A stretch of 64,000 bases of DNA from NCBI GenBank assembly GCA_964016885.1, contig OZ024740.1, positions 89,652,001-89,716,000 on the forward strand, in the 5' to 3' direction. Source of the stretch: Eledone cirrhosa (lineage: Eukaryota). Position 1 is the first letter of the stretch; each line of letters starts with the position of its first letter. The notes under the pieces were generated by a model. It was not told where the DNA came from. It worked only from the letters and a program-made list of their open reading frames with translations, and did not search any database. Made by a program: the position numbers and the translations under genes. Positions 10,715 through 23,815 of the stretch are shown one piece after another.

Positions 10715-13700
10715 GGCGACCTACGTAGTAAATCGTATCATCGTGAGCTTCGCAAAGGTTTGTTATTTCCGTTTGTTAAAAATTGCCATTTATGGAAAAT
10801 TTTTATTGTTAACTATATATAAGCGCACATACATTGTTTTCCGAAAAGATTGGGGCCTTGTGCCCAAAATTTGAAATTTTATGATTATCAAAAAATTTCT
10901 TTGAAAAATAAATGGCTAATTCACCACTGCACCAAGCAGCTGAAAGCCTTTCTCACAAATTAACACCTCACACCGACACCACCATTGTAAATGATTATAC
11001 GTCTTCCAACACAAACAATTTAAGCACTAGCAATATTTAAAATTTGTCTCAGGCAGACATTCATTTCCCGCCATTACCAATGACTGCAGGTGTTAAAGCC
11101 GCCACCACCACCACCACCACCGCGACAACCCCCACTCCCACCACCACCGCGACAACAGAAACAAAAGGAAAAAATAAATCAACTCGTGATGTCGAAATAT
11201 TTTCAACCAAAATCGACTCTCCCAAACCGAACTTCGTGACGTCACCACCACCACAACTGAAACTAAAATTAATAATAACAAAAATAACGATAGCAACAAC
11301 AACAACAATGACATTAAAAAAACAACCCTGAGTTTTGCCAGAGTAGCAAAACAGTTCGAAGCATTTACGGTAACTCAGGAGGATTTAGAACATGCCAAAC
11401 AAATGGTAAAGAAAGGTGGGTACAGGGTCAGCCTCACCCCACCCACCTAATAAAATGGAGCATCGGCGCCTATGCACCGTGTCGTATCGAACAATAAATG
11501 TAAAATCGCGCCGAGTGGAACGGGCATCCGAGTCCCAATCCAAAAAGCTTTGGGACATGTGTGGGCAAGAAAAACCCACATCAGACGTGGGCAGAAGTAT
11601 GGAACCGTGGACGTGTTCTTTGAAACACCAGAGGAGGTTAGAGAACACTCCATGGCCCCATTAAGAAGTGACGACTTCACACACGTCCCAAGCTATTGTG
11701 GCCAGAGACTCGTAAAGATCAGGGTGACCCACGTTCCACCGGCCATCGAAAATCCCTGGCTAATAGCGGCCGTCCTCTCCGGCATCGAAGCTAACACAAA
11801 GATAATAGCAATAGCAAAAGAAAAGCAGGAGAACTGGTCCGGATCTGGGATGGAGCTCCTGATCCAAGCGGACCAAAAAAGCATTGAGGAGATCCCAGAG
11901 GTAATAGACCTCACTGACGGCAGCCACCTCACCCTAATTGTCGAGGGCAGAATGCCTAGGTGTGTCATTTGTGGTGAAGGAACCCACCTAAGGGCTTTCT
12001 GCCCTCAGGCTAAAAGGTTGAGGCCACCTCTCCTACCCACCCCACTGACACAACCACCAGCACCACTAGTAGCAGAGATGGCAGCAACAACTGTAGCAGC
12101 AACAACAGAAGCAACTATAACAGCAACAACCCCAGCAACAGTAGCAAAACCACCACCACCACCACCAGCAAAACCAACACCACCACCACCAAACGCTTCA
12201 GAACTAGCACCAGCGCCTACACCATCCACCACGCCACAACCAAAACTAACGCCTGTGGAGGATTTTCCACTCCCCGGCCTATCACAACTGGAGACAGATT
12301 GTGACGACGAGGAGTGGGAAACGGTATCAGGAAAAAAAAAAACCCCGAAAAGAAAAAAATTCTCTTCCTTCCCCCTCCAAAAACAAAATACAGAGGGAAA
12401 CAACTAAATTAACAAACAAAAATTTAGGACAGCTATACCACCATCCACACCAGCATCACCAACCCAAACACCAACACCATCACCATCATTAACCCCAACA
12501 CCACCATCACCTACACCACAAAAGTCACCAAAATGCGAAGCAGAAACAAACCCACAACAAACGCAAACAAAACAAAACAACAAAACGATACACACTACAC
12601 AGCATTAAATTTGATCAACAAGCAATTATTACACTACATCCAGCACCAAACCAGCATCACAGACAAAGACTACACAACACCCCAAAAATTCACACCGCCT
12701 CCACACATACAAATCACTCGCATCACACAGAAAACGTACATGACACTAAAACAAAAATTCCCCAAAGACATCAGAGACTTCTGACAAGCACTCTCCAGGA
12801 GGATTTATAAGGACATCCTTCCTGAGGAGGCCACAAGCAGTGAAAAGGATGGAAAAACCGTCCTTCCCCTACGAGAAGTAGGGTAAGTGGTCTTTCCCAT
12901 CTTTTCCAATCCTTTTCAACAAGACCTCACTCAGAATAGGCAGCATAAATGCGCGTGGTTTGGGGTCGTCATGGAAGCAGAGCCACCTGCTCAACGACCT
13001 CAGGTCACCAAACATAGATGTAGTGGCCATCAGCGAGACCAGAATCTCCGACTGGGGTCCCTCGCACCGATCTTCGGCGGCTACAATGTGTACGCATCTC
13101 CCAGCCGTCCGGGATCGGGGGGCAGGAGTTGCTGTGCTTTTTCGGAGAGGTTTGGATCTTACCATACGGGCCATCTTCCTGGACCCCGAAGGTAAGTTGG
13201 TGGTGCTGGACGTGACCAGCGGAGACGGGTAAGCTTCTAGGCTAGTGGCCGTCTATGCCCCGACAGGAGCAGGGCGGACCTGATTTCTTCCGGCGTCTGG
13301 AGACCTTTCTTGGAACGTCCCGCTCTTTAGTGTTAGTGTGCGACTGGAACGGGATCTTAGATGCACGCTGGGATTGTGTGGGATTAGTGGATAGGGAAGG
13401 AGGGTGCAATAGTCTCACCAACCTGCTCAGGCGTTTTGAACTGTCTGACAGGTAGCGAATGGATTTCGCGAATGTACCAATGTTAACTTGGACAAATCGC
13501 ATAGGGTCATCCAGATCGCATCTAGATAGAGTATTTTGTAGGGAAATAGATAGCGCTAGCATAGGCTGTCCACAATTCAAGATAGTCAGCTACACGGACC
13601 ACAAATTCGTAATCTGTTTGCTTGACTTAGCTTCATAGACGAGGATCCGGCTACTGGAAGCTAAACGCGTCCTTACCAGCGCACAAGGCCTACAGAGGCC

Positions 13701-15317
13701 GGATTAGCGAACTAATGTCACCGTAGTGGTGTCGAACGCCAAACACATCGAGGCGATCGGCACTACACTAACAGAATACGAAGCGGTGACAGGAGCAATG
13801 ATCAACCAGGAAAAGTCAGTGGGCCTGCAGCTCGGCACCTGGAGAGGCAGGTCCATACCGTCCAACTGCGTCGTCAGACGCTGGACGGACGGACCGGTTA
13901 AACTGCTAGGGGTCTGGTTCGGTCCATACCTCCAGACGGACAAAAACTGGGACGAGGGGACGAGCAGGGTGGCTTCTCTCACCCAGAAATGGGCCGAGAG
14001 GAAGCTATCCCTGAAAGGTCGAGCGGAGGTGGCTAACGCGTACATCGCGTCCGTCCTCTACTACCGCCTGACCGTCGTACCTTGTCCTAAGCCCCGCCTG
14101 ACTGCGCCGGAGCGTTCGCTCTTTCGCTTCTTGTGGAAGGGACGCGCTCCGATGGTCAGGTGGTCCATCAGCTGTCAACACCCGCTACGTGGAGGGCTGG
14201 GCATGCCGTGGCTGACGATGCGCAGACGCGCGCTCAGGCTACGACATCTCCACCTCAACCTCGACGGTGATCAGGTGTGGTCGCCGTTTGCTATACACGT
14301 TTTTCCCCAGCTCGTCTCCTTGACGGAGCTGCAGTCCTGGGTCAAGCGAAGACCGAGAGGGAGCGCTTGGAGACTGGAATGTCTTCAGGCGCTCACAGCC
14401 CTCTACCAATCGGGCAATGTGATCGGTGGAAACTCCACCTTGGCGTTAGATAGGGGATTAGTGGAGGGGAAGAGCGACGACGTGCTTGGAGAAACTCTAC
14501 GCGTCGACGAAAATCAACTAGCCAATCTTTTCGGAAGGACTTTCGGGCCGGGGCCCATGGATAACTTCCAGAAATGCCTGGCCTGGCAGTGCTACCGGGG
14601 AGCTTTGCCAGTTCGGGATAAACTCTACAGGCATGGAGTGCCGTCAGCCGGGCATGTCCGAGATGCGCACTAGGCGACGAAACCGTCCTGCACGCACTCG
14701 TCCAGTGTCCGAGCATTGCTGACTTTTTATGTTGGTTTATGTCGAACACCTGCTGTCACGTGTAGGACGGATCCAGCTATCAGCTGAGTCCATCGTGAGG
14801 ATTGTCCCGCCCTCTTCCTTTAGCCGGGAAGGGCAGGCAGGTTTTATCTGTCTGGTGGCCATGGCGAAAGAGATAGTATGGTGGACACGTTTGAAAGGGC
14901 TGAAGACGAGCACTTACCTCTTCGGTGATGCCCTGATTAACTTTTTCAAATTTCATTTGAAAAGGCAAATCACGGTAGAGAGGGAAGTGCTCTCTTCCCA
15001 GCATTTTGTTGAAAGATGGGTGAGAGAAGCAAGTATGGCCCGAATGAATGGCCTTCTCTGAGTATGTGTCTGTAAATTAAAGGTGGAAAACTGGGAGAGG
15101 GCACTTGCCCTGGTGGTCAGGGCCACTGTGGTCTTTTAATGGGCTTTCTCCACAAATGTCCCTTGGAAGTCTCCCCACTATTGGGGAATTTTTCTTTGTT
15201 ATTTTATTTCAACCTCTGTTTTTTTACACGCAGAAATGCCCATTTGTACCGTCCTGTATTGTCCTGTACTGTCCTTAATGTCTACTTTATGTGAACCCTT
15301 GTGGTTAATAAAGAAAA

Positions 15318-15318
<1 letters not shown>
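10715..15318 (+). mobile_element. Tx1-clade (L1 superfamily) LINE copy 1, decayed, with an internal deletion at ~13714
   Basis: ORF1 from ATG ~10912 has zinc knuckle CVICGEGTHLRAFC and Pro/Thr-rich tracts. ORF2 has an APE endonuclease (INARG, SET, DWN, TDH), late RT, LSLKGRA and GGLG. Flanked by (TTA)n on both sides. Confidence 0.93.
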
Positions 15319-15370
<52 letters not shown>

Positions 15371-15378
15371 TTATTATT
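15319..15378. repeat. (ATT)n spacer between elements
   Basis: Similar spacers at 9052-9068, 10695-10714, 17934-17952, 23370-23388, 28923-28937, 29111-29134, 34891-34915, 42672-42696 and 48721-48761. Confidence 0.97.
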
Positions 15379-17933
15379 GTTCTTTGAGTCTCAGTGATTG
15401 ATGTTAGTTAACTGGAAAGTTTGTTGAAATGAATATCAAGCCACTACCTGCAGCCTCAGATATTCAGGACGTATCGGGGTGTTCTTGTTGTTCCCAGCAA
15501 GCATGCCTTTTGAAGCGTTCCAAAAAGCGTGAAGGGGCCAATTTTCTTTAACCATCCCTGGAAACTTTTTGAGATAGTCCCTAGTGCGCCTATGACAATC
15601 GGGATCACTTTGACTTCATGGCAGTTCCTAATCGTTTTTACCTCCCACTTTAAGTCCTGGTATCGGTTAATTTTCTCCCTCTCCTTCTCTTGCACTCTCG
15701 TGTTGAATGGGCAGGCCACATCCACAATCAGGCACGATCTTTTTTCTTTGTCCACAACCCCGAGGTGAGGTCTATTGTGTTCCAGTTTCTTGTCCGTCTG
15801 TATCCTAAAATCTCACAGCACCTTCACCTGATCGTTTTCTATCACCGACTCTGGCTTATGCTCATACCACTTCTCAGAATGTGGTAAATTGTTTACTTTG
15901 CATAGATGCCAGTGGATCACCCTGCCCATCACATCATGTCTCCAGCCCTTATAGTGAGTCTGGGCTAGGTGTTTACACTCGGATACAATGTGAGCCACAG
16001 TCTCCTCTCTCTCTCCACAGATCCTGCACAGTGGACTAGCCTCCTCCTTGTAAATATGGTATTTCAACCACTTCGTTTTGAGGGCCTGCTCCTGCGCAGC
16101 CATTAACACTCCCTCTGTAGCCTTTTTAAGGTCTCCTCTTTTCAACCAGTTCCATGTATGTGGATCTCTAAATTCAATTTTCTCAAAGAAGGTACTATGA
16201 CGGGATTTTTCCTGAAGGCTGCTCTTTCTCCTTGATGTTATTTCCTCCTTGGACATCCCCTGGCCTATTGTCCCCTCCTTCAGTACAGTTCTGAGCATTG
16301 GCTCCTTACTATCAGTCACTTATTTGTGTAGGTTGTTTTTCTCCATCTGAACACAGTCCTATATGCTGATAAGACCACTTCCACCTTCAGATCTCCTTAA
16401 GTAGAGTATATCGACATCACTCCCCTTGTGGAACATGTTGTAGATAGTCAATAGCTTCCTTGGGTTCCTATCCATTTCTTTTTGTTCAGCAACATTCCAT
16501 CTCAGAATTCCCGCACTGTACCTAATAATAGACACAGCTCGGGAATTTACTGCACTTATGGCATTCCTACTGTTCAGATGTGACTTTATCAGCTCTTATC
16601 AATTCCTTCATTTTTCTGTTCTTGATATAATCAGCCTCCAGACACCCAAATATTTGTATCCTTCTTCAGAGTCAATTTCCTTTATCATCTCACCTGTTGG
16701 TACCTGGATTCCGTTATTTCTGCTCAACTTACTCCTCTTCATCACAATGACTCCACACTTACTAATACCAAATTGCATACATATATCATTGCTGAAAATA
16801 CGGACAGTGTCAACAAGCACATCCAACTCCTTCTCACTCTTCCCGAAGAGCTTAAGATCGTCCATGAAGAGGAGGTGATTGATGGTAAGCCCTCCCTTTC
16901 CCAACTTTATCCTGCTCTCACTTTTCGCAGTACACTGGTCAGGGGCATCAGGGCAAGGGCAAACAACAGAGGAGACAGACTATCTCCCTGGAAGACACCT
17001 CTCTTGATCTTCACACTTCCCAAGGATTCTCCAGTTGATGTTAACTCTGTTTCCCAGGACTTCATACTTTTGCCCAACAACTGTCTGATGTTATCTGCCA
17101 CCTTGAAGATTCCAGGCTGTTGGTGATGCAAGAATGAGGCACCATGTCAAATGCCTTTTTGTAGTCTATCCATCCCATGGCAAGACCAGTTTGTCTCCTC
17201 TTGCAATTCCTCATTACCATCTTATCAATAAGTAACTGGTCTTTTGTACCACGTGACTTCTTTCGGCATCCTTTCTGTTCGTCGGGTAACAAGTTGTTTG
17301 TGTGGAGGTGATGGTAGATTTCCTCAGACAGAATGCTTGTCAACAGTTTCCACATTACGGACAGGCATGTGATAGGTCTATAGTTGGCAACATCCCTACC
17401 CTTGATTCGGTCTTTCATTATCAGAACTGTGGTACCTTTTTGTCAACCACTCTGGTACCTCACCTGACATCAAGCAGTCATTGAACATGGTTGTCAGTTT
17501 CCGGTGGAGTGATGTTATATTTTTAATCCAATACCCCTGCACACCATCTGGGCCTGGTGATTTCCAGTTGGTTAGTTTTTTGGCCTGCTCCTTAAGAGTT
17601 TCAACTGTGATACTCAAATCAGTTTGTTGGTGTGCCTGTTCACTAATCTCCTTCTGTACTGTCTCAATCCACACTGCCTGGTCATTATGTTTAACATCCT
17701 GCTCCCATATTCCTCTCCAGAATGTTTTAGTTTGTTCCGCCTCAGGGATCAAGTCGTTGCCTCTTTCTTTCCCTTCAAGCTATCCAAACAGCATCTTCTG
17801 GTTGTTGTCGAACATGCGATTCTGTCTATACTGACAGACTCTGTTCTCGTATCGCCTGATTTTGGCACTCTTTGCTACAATGCGTTGCTTAAGTTCCTCT
17901 GTGATCATATTTAGCTTTTTCCTCCTAGTTTTG
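15379..17933 (-). mobile_element. R4/Dong-type RLE LINE (RT-CCHC-RLE), 5'-truncated and frameshifted
   Basis: KSPGPDG, YRPITCL, FQGDSLSP, LFMDDLK, CRICGEREETVAHIVSEC, RHD and IVDVACP..EKINRYQDL; (TAA)n on both sides. Confidence 0.93.
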
Positions 17934-17952
17934 TATTATTATTATTATTATT

Positions 17953-20900
17953 GGCGACCTACGTAGTAAATCGTATTATCGTGAGCTCGGCAAAGCTTTG
18001 TTGTTTTCAGTTGTTTAAAATTGCCATTATTGGAAATTTTTTATTGTTAACTGTATATAAGTGCACATAGAGGGTTTTCTGAAAAGGACACTCAAAAAGA
18101 TTGGGGCCTTGAGCCAAATATTTAAACTTTTATAATTATCAAACAGAAAACATTTCTTAGAAAAATCATGGCCGACTCACAGCTGAACCCAGTAACTGAG
18201 AGCCTTCCTCACAAACTAACACCTCACACAGACACCACCATTGTAAATATTACTACGTTTGCCAACACTAAAAATATAAGCAGTAGCAATATTTTAAATT
18301 TGTCTCCGGCAGACATTCATTTCCCGCCATTAGCCGCCACCCCCAACACCACTACTGCGATAACAGAAACAAAAGAAAAAATAAATTATCTCGTGATATC
18401 GAAACGAATTCAGCCAAAATGAACACTTCCACATCGAACACCACTGACGCCACCACCACCACAACTGAAACTAAAATTAACAATAACAAAAATAACGATA
18501 ACAACAACAGCAACAATGAAATTAAGAAAACCACCCTGTCTTTTGCCAGAGTAGCAAAAAAGTGCGAAGCATTTCAGGTAACTCAGGAGGAATTAGAAGA
18601 AGCCAAAAAAATGGTAAAGATGGGTACAGGGTCAGCCTCACCCCCCACCTAATAAAATGGAGCATCGGCGCCTGTGCACCGTTTCTTATCGGACTATTAA
18701 CATAACATCGCGCCGAGTGGAACGGGCATCCGAGTCCCAAATCCAAAAAGCTTTGGGACATGTGTGGGCAAACAAACCCCACATCAGACGAGGGCAGAAA
18801 TATGGAACCGTGGACGTGTTCTTCACACTCGTCCCAAGGTATTGGGGCCAGAGACTCGTGAAGATCAGGGTGACCCATGTTCCACCGGCCATCGAAATTC
18901 CCTGGCTAATGGCGGCCGTCCTCTCCGGCATCGAAGCCAAAACCAAGATAATCGAAATAGCGAAAGAAAACAGGAGAACTGGTCCGGATCTGGGATGGAG
19001 CTCCTGATCCAAGCGGACCAAAAAAGCATTGAGGAGATCCCAGAGGTAATAGACCTCACTGACGGAAGCCATCTCACCGTAATTGTCGAGGGCAGAAGGC
19101 CTTGGTGTGTCGTTTGTGTTGAAGAGACCCAGTAAGGGCTTTCTGCTCTCTGGCTAAAAGGTTGAGGCAACTTCTCTTACCCACACCAGTGACTCAACCA
19201 TCAATAACCACCAGCAGCAGAAATGGCAGCAACAACTGTCGCAGCAACAACAGAAGCAACTGTAACAGCAACAAACCCAGCAACAGTAGCAAAACCACCA
19301 CCACCACCACCCAACGCTTCAGAACTAGCACCAGCGCCTACACCATCCACCACGCCACAAACAAAACCAACGCCTGTGGAGGAGTTTCCACTCCCCGACC
19401 TATGACAAATGGAGACAAATTGTGACGACGAGGAGTGGGAAACGGTATCAGAAAAAAAAAGAAAAAGAAACCAAAAAAGAAAACAATCCCCTTTCTTCCC
19501 CCTCCAAAAACAAAATACAGAGGGAATCAAATAAACTATCAAACAAACAAGTTAGGACTGCTATGCCACCACCCACACCAGCATCACCAAACCCATCACC
19601 ACAAACACCAACACCATCATCATCATTAACCCCAACACCGCCATCACCAACACCACAAAAGTCACCAAAAACGAAACAGAAACAAACCTACAACATACGC
19701 AAACAAAACAAAACAACCAACACAATACACACTACACAGCAATAAATTTGAACAACAAACACTTATTACACTACATCCCACACAACACCAGCATCACAGG
19801 GGTCGTCATGGAAGCAGGGCCACCTACTCAACGACCTCAGGTCACTAAGCATAGATGTAGTGACCATCAGCGAGACCAGAATCTCCGAAGCACGGGCCTT
19901 CGCACCGATCTTCGGCGGCTACGATGTGTACGTATCTCCCAGCCGTCCTGGATCGGGGGCAGGAGTTGCTCTGCTTTTTCGGAGAGGCATGGATCTCGCC
20001 ATACGGGCCATCTTCCTGAACCCCGAAGGTAAGTTGGTGGTGCTGGACGTGACCAGCGGAGACGGGTAAGCTTCTAGGCTAGTGGCCGTCTATGCCCCGA
20101 CAGGGGCCGGGCGGCCTGATTTCTTCCGGCGTCAGGAGAACTTTCTTGGAACGTCCTGCACTTTAGTGTTAGTGGCCGACTGGAATGGGATCTTAGATGC
20201 ACGCTGCGACTGTGTGGGATTAGCGGATAGGGGAGGAGGGTGCAAGAGTCTCACCAACCTGCTCAGGCGTTTTGAACTGTCTGACAGGAACCGATTGGAT
20301 TTCCCGAATTTGCCAATGTGGACTTGGATAAATCGCATAGGGTCATCCAGATCATATCTAGATAGAGTATTTTGTAGCCAAATAGATAGGTCTAGCATAA
20401 GCTGTCCACAATTCAAGATAGTCAGCTACACGGACTACAAATTCGTGATCTGTGTGCTTGACTTAGATAGGCTTCATAGACGAGCTCTCAACTACTGGAA
20501 GCTGAATGCGTCCTTACCAGAGCGCAAGGACTACGGAGACCGGATTAGCGAACTAGTTAAGCGGGCGTTGACGGGGGCCATCGTCAACAACAAGTGGTGA
20601 TTTGCTCTGAAAAGAGCGATTAGAATAGAGTCCATTAGGTTTAGTAAGGCTTTAGCAATAGAGAAAAAAAAATAGAGCAGAGGGAGAACTAGTTAGAAAA
20701 TTAGACGAGGCGCTTAGCGAAGGCATCGCGACCGACGTACTTGCAGCGAAATTGGCCCTTGACCAGCAAGAAGGCTGCATTGTCAGAGCTAGTGTGCGTG
20801 CTCTCAGACAAGAGGGGACGAAGCCGTTCAATTGGCCCGAGTGGTGGAGGCGCGTGGTGGCAACAAAACCGCGATCCATTCTTTGGTGGACCACGACGAC

Positions 20901-23369
20901 AGCATGCTACTCGATCTCTGGCAAATATGTGAAGCTTTTCAGCTACATTTTGCACAGCTGTTTGTGGGCAGCGGCGGGCCGGATCTAAGGAGGGACATTA
21001 GCGTCTACCTCGACGGACTGCCGCGGCTCTCGGCCCTGAGGCGGAGTGTTGCAAAAAGCCGATAACAGCCGCTGAAGTACGGGAGCCAATGACTGGCTGC
21101 ACAAGGGGTAAAACGCCTGGTTTGGATGGTCTGCCCTATGAATTTACGAACAGATGCCAGACTTGTTCGGAGGCCTCTTGACGGACGTCTTCTGCAACTG
21201 GCAAAAGAACCTGAGAATGCCCAGCTCTGTGAGCCGAGGAGCTGTGGCGCTGCTGAGAAAGGATCCGAACAAGGTGGATAACATAGATAATTTTAGTCCC
21301 ATAACTCTGCTAAACACATAGTTCAAAATGTTGGCTAAGATATTAGCAAAGAGGTTGGCGCCATTCCCGACAGATCCATCAGCGACAACCTCCACCTCAT
21401 GCGATACATCGTAGAGAGGGTAGCTAGGGAAACTGCAACGGGTGGGTCCTTGATCAAGTTAGATCAGTCGAAAGCTTTCGATAAGGTCGAACATCGTTAC
21501 CTAGCGGCAGTTCTGAGGGCGGCTGGCTTTGGGCCCGACTTCAGAGGCTGGATCGCTGTCATCCACAGCGAAATATGCTCTGTGGTGAGAGTGAACGGTC
21601 ACCTTTCGGAATCGTTCAACATCATGCGCTCGGTCCACCAAGGATGTCCCCTCCCGTCCCTCTTGAACGTATCGACTCTCGAGTCATTACTGCACAAACT
21701 GGAGACGTTTAGGGGGATCCCGCGCGAACTAGGATGCGGAAGATCCGTGTTAGCATATGCGGACAATGTCACCGTAGTGGTGTCGAACGCCAAACACATC
21801 GAGGCGATCGGCACTACACTAAGAGAATACGAAGCGGTGACAGGAGCAATGATCACCCAGGAAAAGTCAGTGGGCCTGCAGCTCGGCACCTGGAGAGGCA
21901 GGTCCATGCCGTCCAACAGCGTCGTCGGGCGCTGGACGGACGGACCGGTTAAATTGCTAGAGGTCTGGTTCGGGCCGGATCTCCAGATGGACAAAAACTG
22001 GGACGAGATGACGAGCAGGGTGGCTTCTCTCACCCAGAAATGGGCCGAGAGGAAGCTAAGCCCTGAAAAGTCAAGCGGAGCTGGCTAACGCGTATATCGC
22101 GTCCGTCATCTACTACTGCCTGACCGTCGTACCTTGTCCTCAGTCCCGCCTGACTGCGCTGGAGCGTTTGCTCTTTCGCTATTTGTGGAAGGGACGCGCT
22201 CCGATGGTCAGGTGGTCCATCTGCTGTCAAAAATCGCTACGTGGAGGGCTGGGAATGCCGTGGCTGATGATGCGCAGACACGCGCTCAGGCTACGACATC
22301 TACACCTCTTCCTCGACGGTGATCAGGTGTGGTCGCCGTTTGCTAGCCGCGTCTTTTCCCAGCTCGTCTCCTTGACGGAGCTACAGTCCTGGATCAAGCG
22401 AAGACCGAGAGGGAGCGCTTGGAGACTGAAATGTCTTTAGGCGCTCACAGCCCTCGACCAATCGGGCAATGTGATCGGTGAAAACTCCACATTGGCGTTA
22501 AATTGAGTATTAGTGGAGGGGAAGAGCGATGACGTACTTGGGGAAAATCTAACCGTCGACGAAAATCAACTAGCCAATCTCTTCGGAAGAACTTTCGGAC
22601 CGGGGCCTATGGACAACTTCCAGAAATCCCTGGCCTGGCAATGCTCCCGCGGAGCTTTGCCAGTTCGGGATAAACTCTACAGGCATGGAGGTTCGTCATG
22701 CGGGCATCTTCGATATGCGCGCAGGGCGACGAAACCGTCCTGCACGCACTCGTCCAGTGTCCGAGCATTGCTGACTTCTGGGTTTATGTCGAACACCTGC
22801 TGTAGCGCGTGGGACGGATCCAGCTATCAGCTGGGTCCATCGTGAGGATTGCCCCGCCCACTTCCTTTAGCCGGGAAGGGCACGCAGTTTTTATCTGTCT
22901 GGTGGCCATGGCGAAAGATATAGTATGGTGGACACGTTTGAAAGGGCTGAAGACGAGCACTTACCTCTTCGGTGATGCCCTGATTAACTTTTTCAAATTT
23001 CATTTGAAAATGAAAATCAGGTTAGAGAGGGAAGTGCTCTCTTCCCATCATTTTGTTGAAAGATGGGTGGGAGAAGCAAGTTTGGCCCGAGTGAATGGGC
23101 CTACTCTGAGTATGTGTCTTTAAATTAAAGATGGAAAACTGGGAGAGGGCACTTGCCCTGGTGGTCTGGATCACTGTGGCCTTTTAATGGGCATTCTCCA
23201 CAAATGTCCTTCGGAAGTCTCCCCCCCGATTGGGGAATTTTTCATTGTTATTTGTATTACATCCTCCGTTTGTTTTACACTCAGGAATGCCCATTTGTAA
23301 AGTCCTGTATTGTCCTGTACTGTCCTTAATGTCTACTTTATGTAAACCCTTGTGGTTAATAAAGAAAGC
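17953..23369 (+). mobile_element. Tx1-clade LINE copy 2 (same subfamily as copy 1), near full length, decayed
   Basis: Same 5' end as copy 1 (ggcgacctacgtagtaaatcg); ORF1, APE, RT (PGLDG, DQSKAFD, QGCP, YADN) and 3' UTR. Deletion at ~19799 removes the ORF1/ORF2 junction. (TTA)n flanks. Confidence 0.93.
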
Positions 23370-23388
23370 ATTATTATTATTATTATTA

Positions 23389-23815
23389 CAGCTGCATTTA
23401 TCTTGCTTTATGTTCATACGAGTTATCACCAAGTCACAACCAGTGACCTCAAGAGCCAACAAGATCCGCCATGTTCAAGAAAGAAAATAATCACACATGC
23501 ATCTTCAGGTGTTTAGACTTGTGATGTAATTATATTGACAGAATCTTTCTTAGCATATGGGCAGTTCCCATTAGTACTCTCTTTTGTATTTCTCCTATAT
23601 CCGGGTCTCATGGGATTTGCGATATGTAATCATTAGACCGCTTAGGTATCATTCCTAGAGCGTCTACAACCACTGGTATTGTCTTCGTTCTCAATTTCCA
23701 CATTTTTCTACTTTCTATCTCCAGGTCCTTATACTTGCTCAATTTTTCAAATGTTTTTATAGATACATTCTTGTGTAATGGAACGGACATATCAATTAGC
23801 AGGCATACCCTCTTT
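23389..23815 (-). mobile_element. R4/Dong-type LINE 3' fragment (same family as 9069-10694)
   Basis: Closely matches 9069-9497 (LLIDMSVP..KLSKYKDL plus 3' UTR) and runs into (TAA)n. Confidence 0.9.

Noticed and set aside
11472-12407. Host Pro/Thr-rich (mucin/extensin-like) gene, and the antisense Val/Leu/Gly-rich ORFs
   Set aside because: This is low-complexity Tx1 ORF1 with a CCHC knuckle, repeated in each LINE copy; the antisense ORFs are its shadow.
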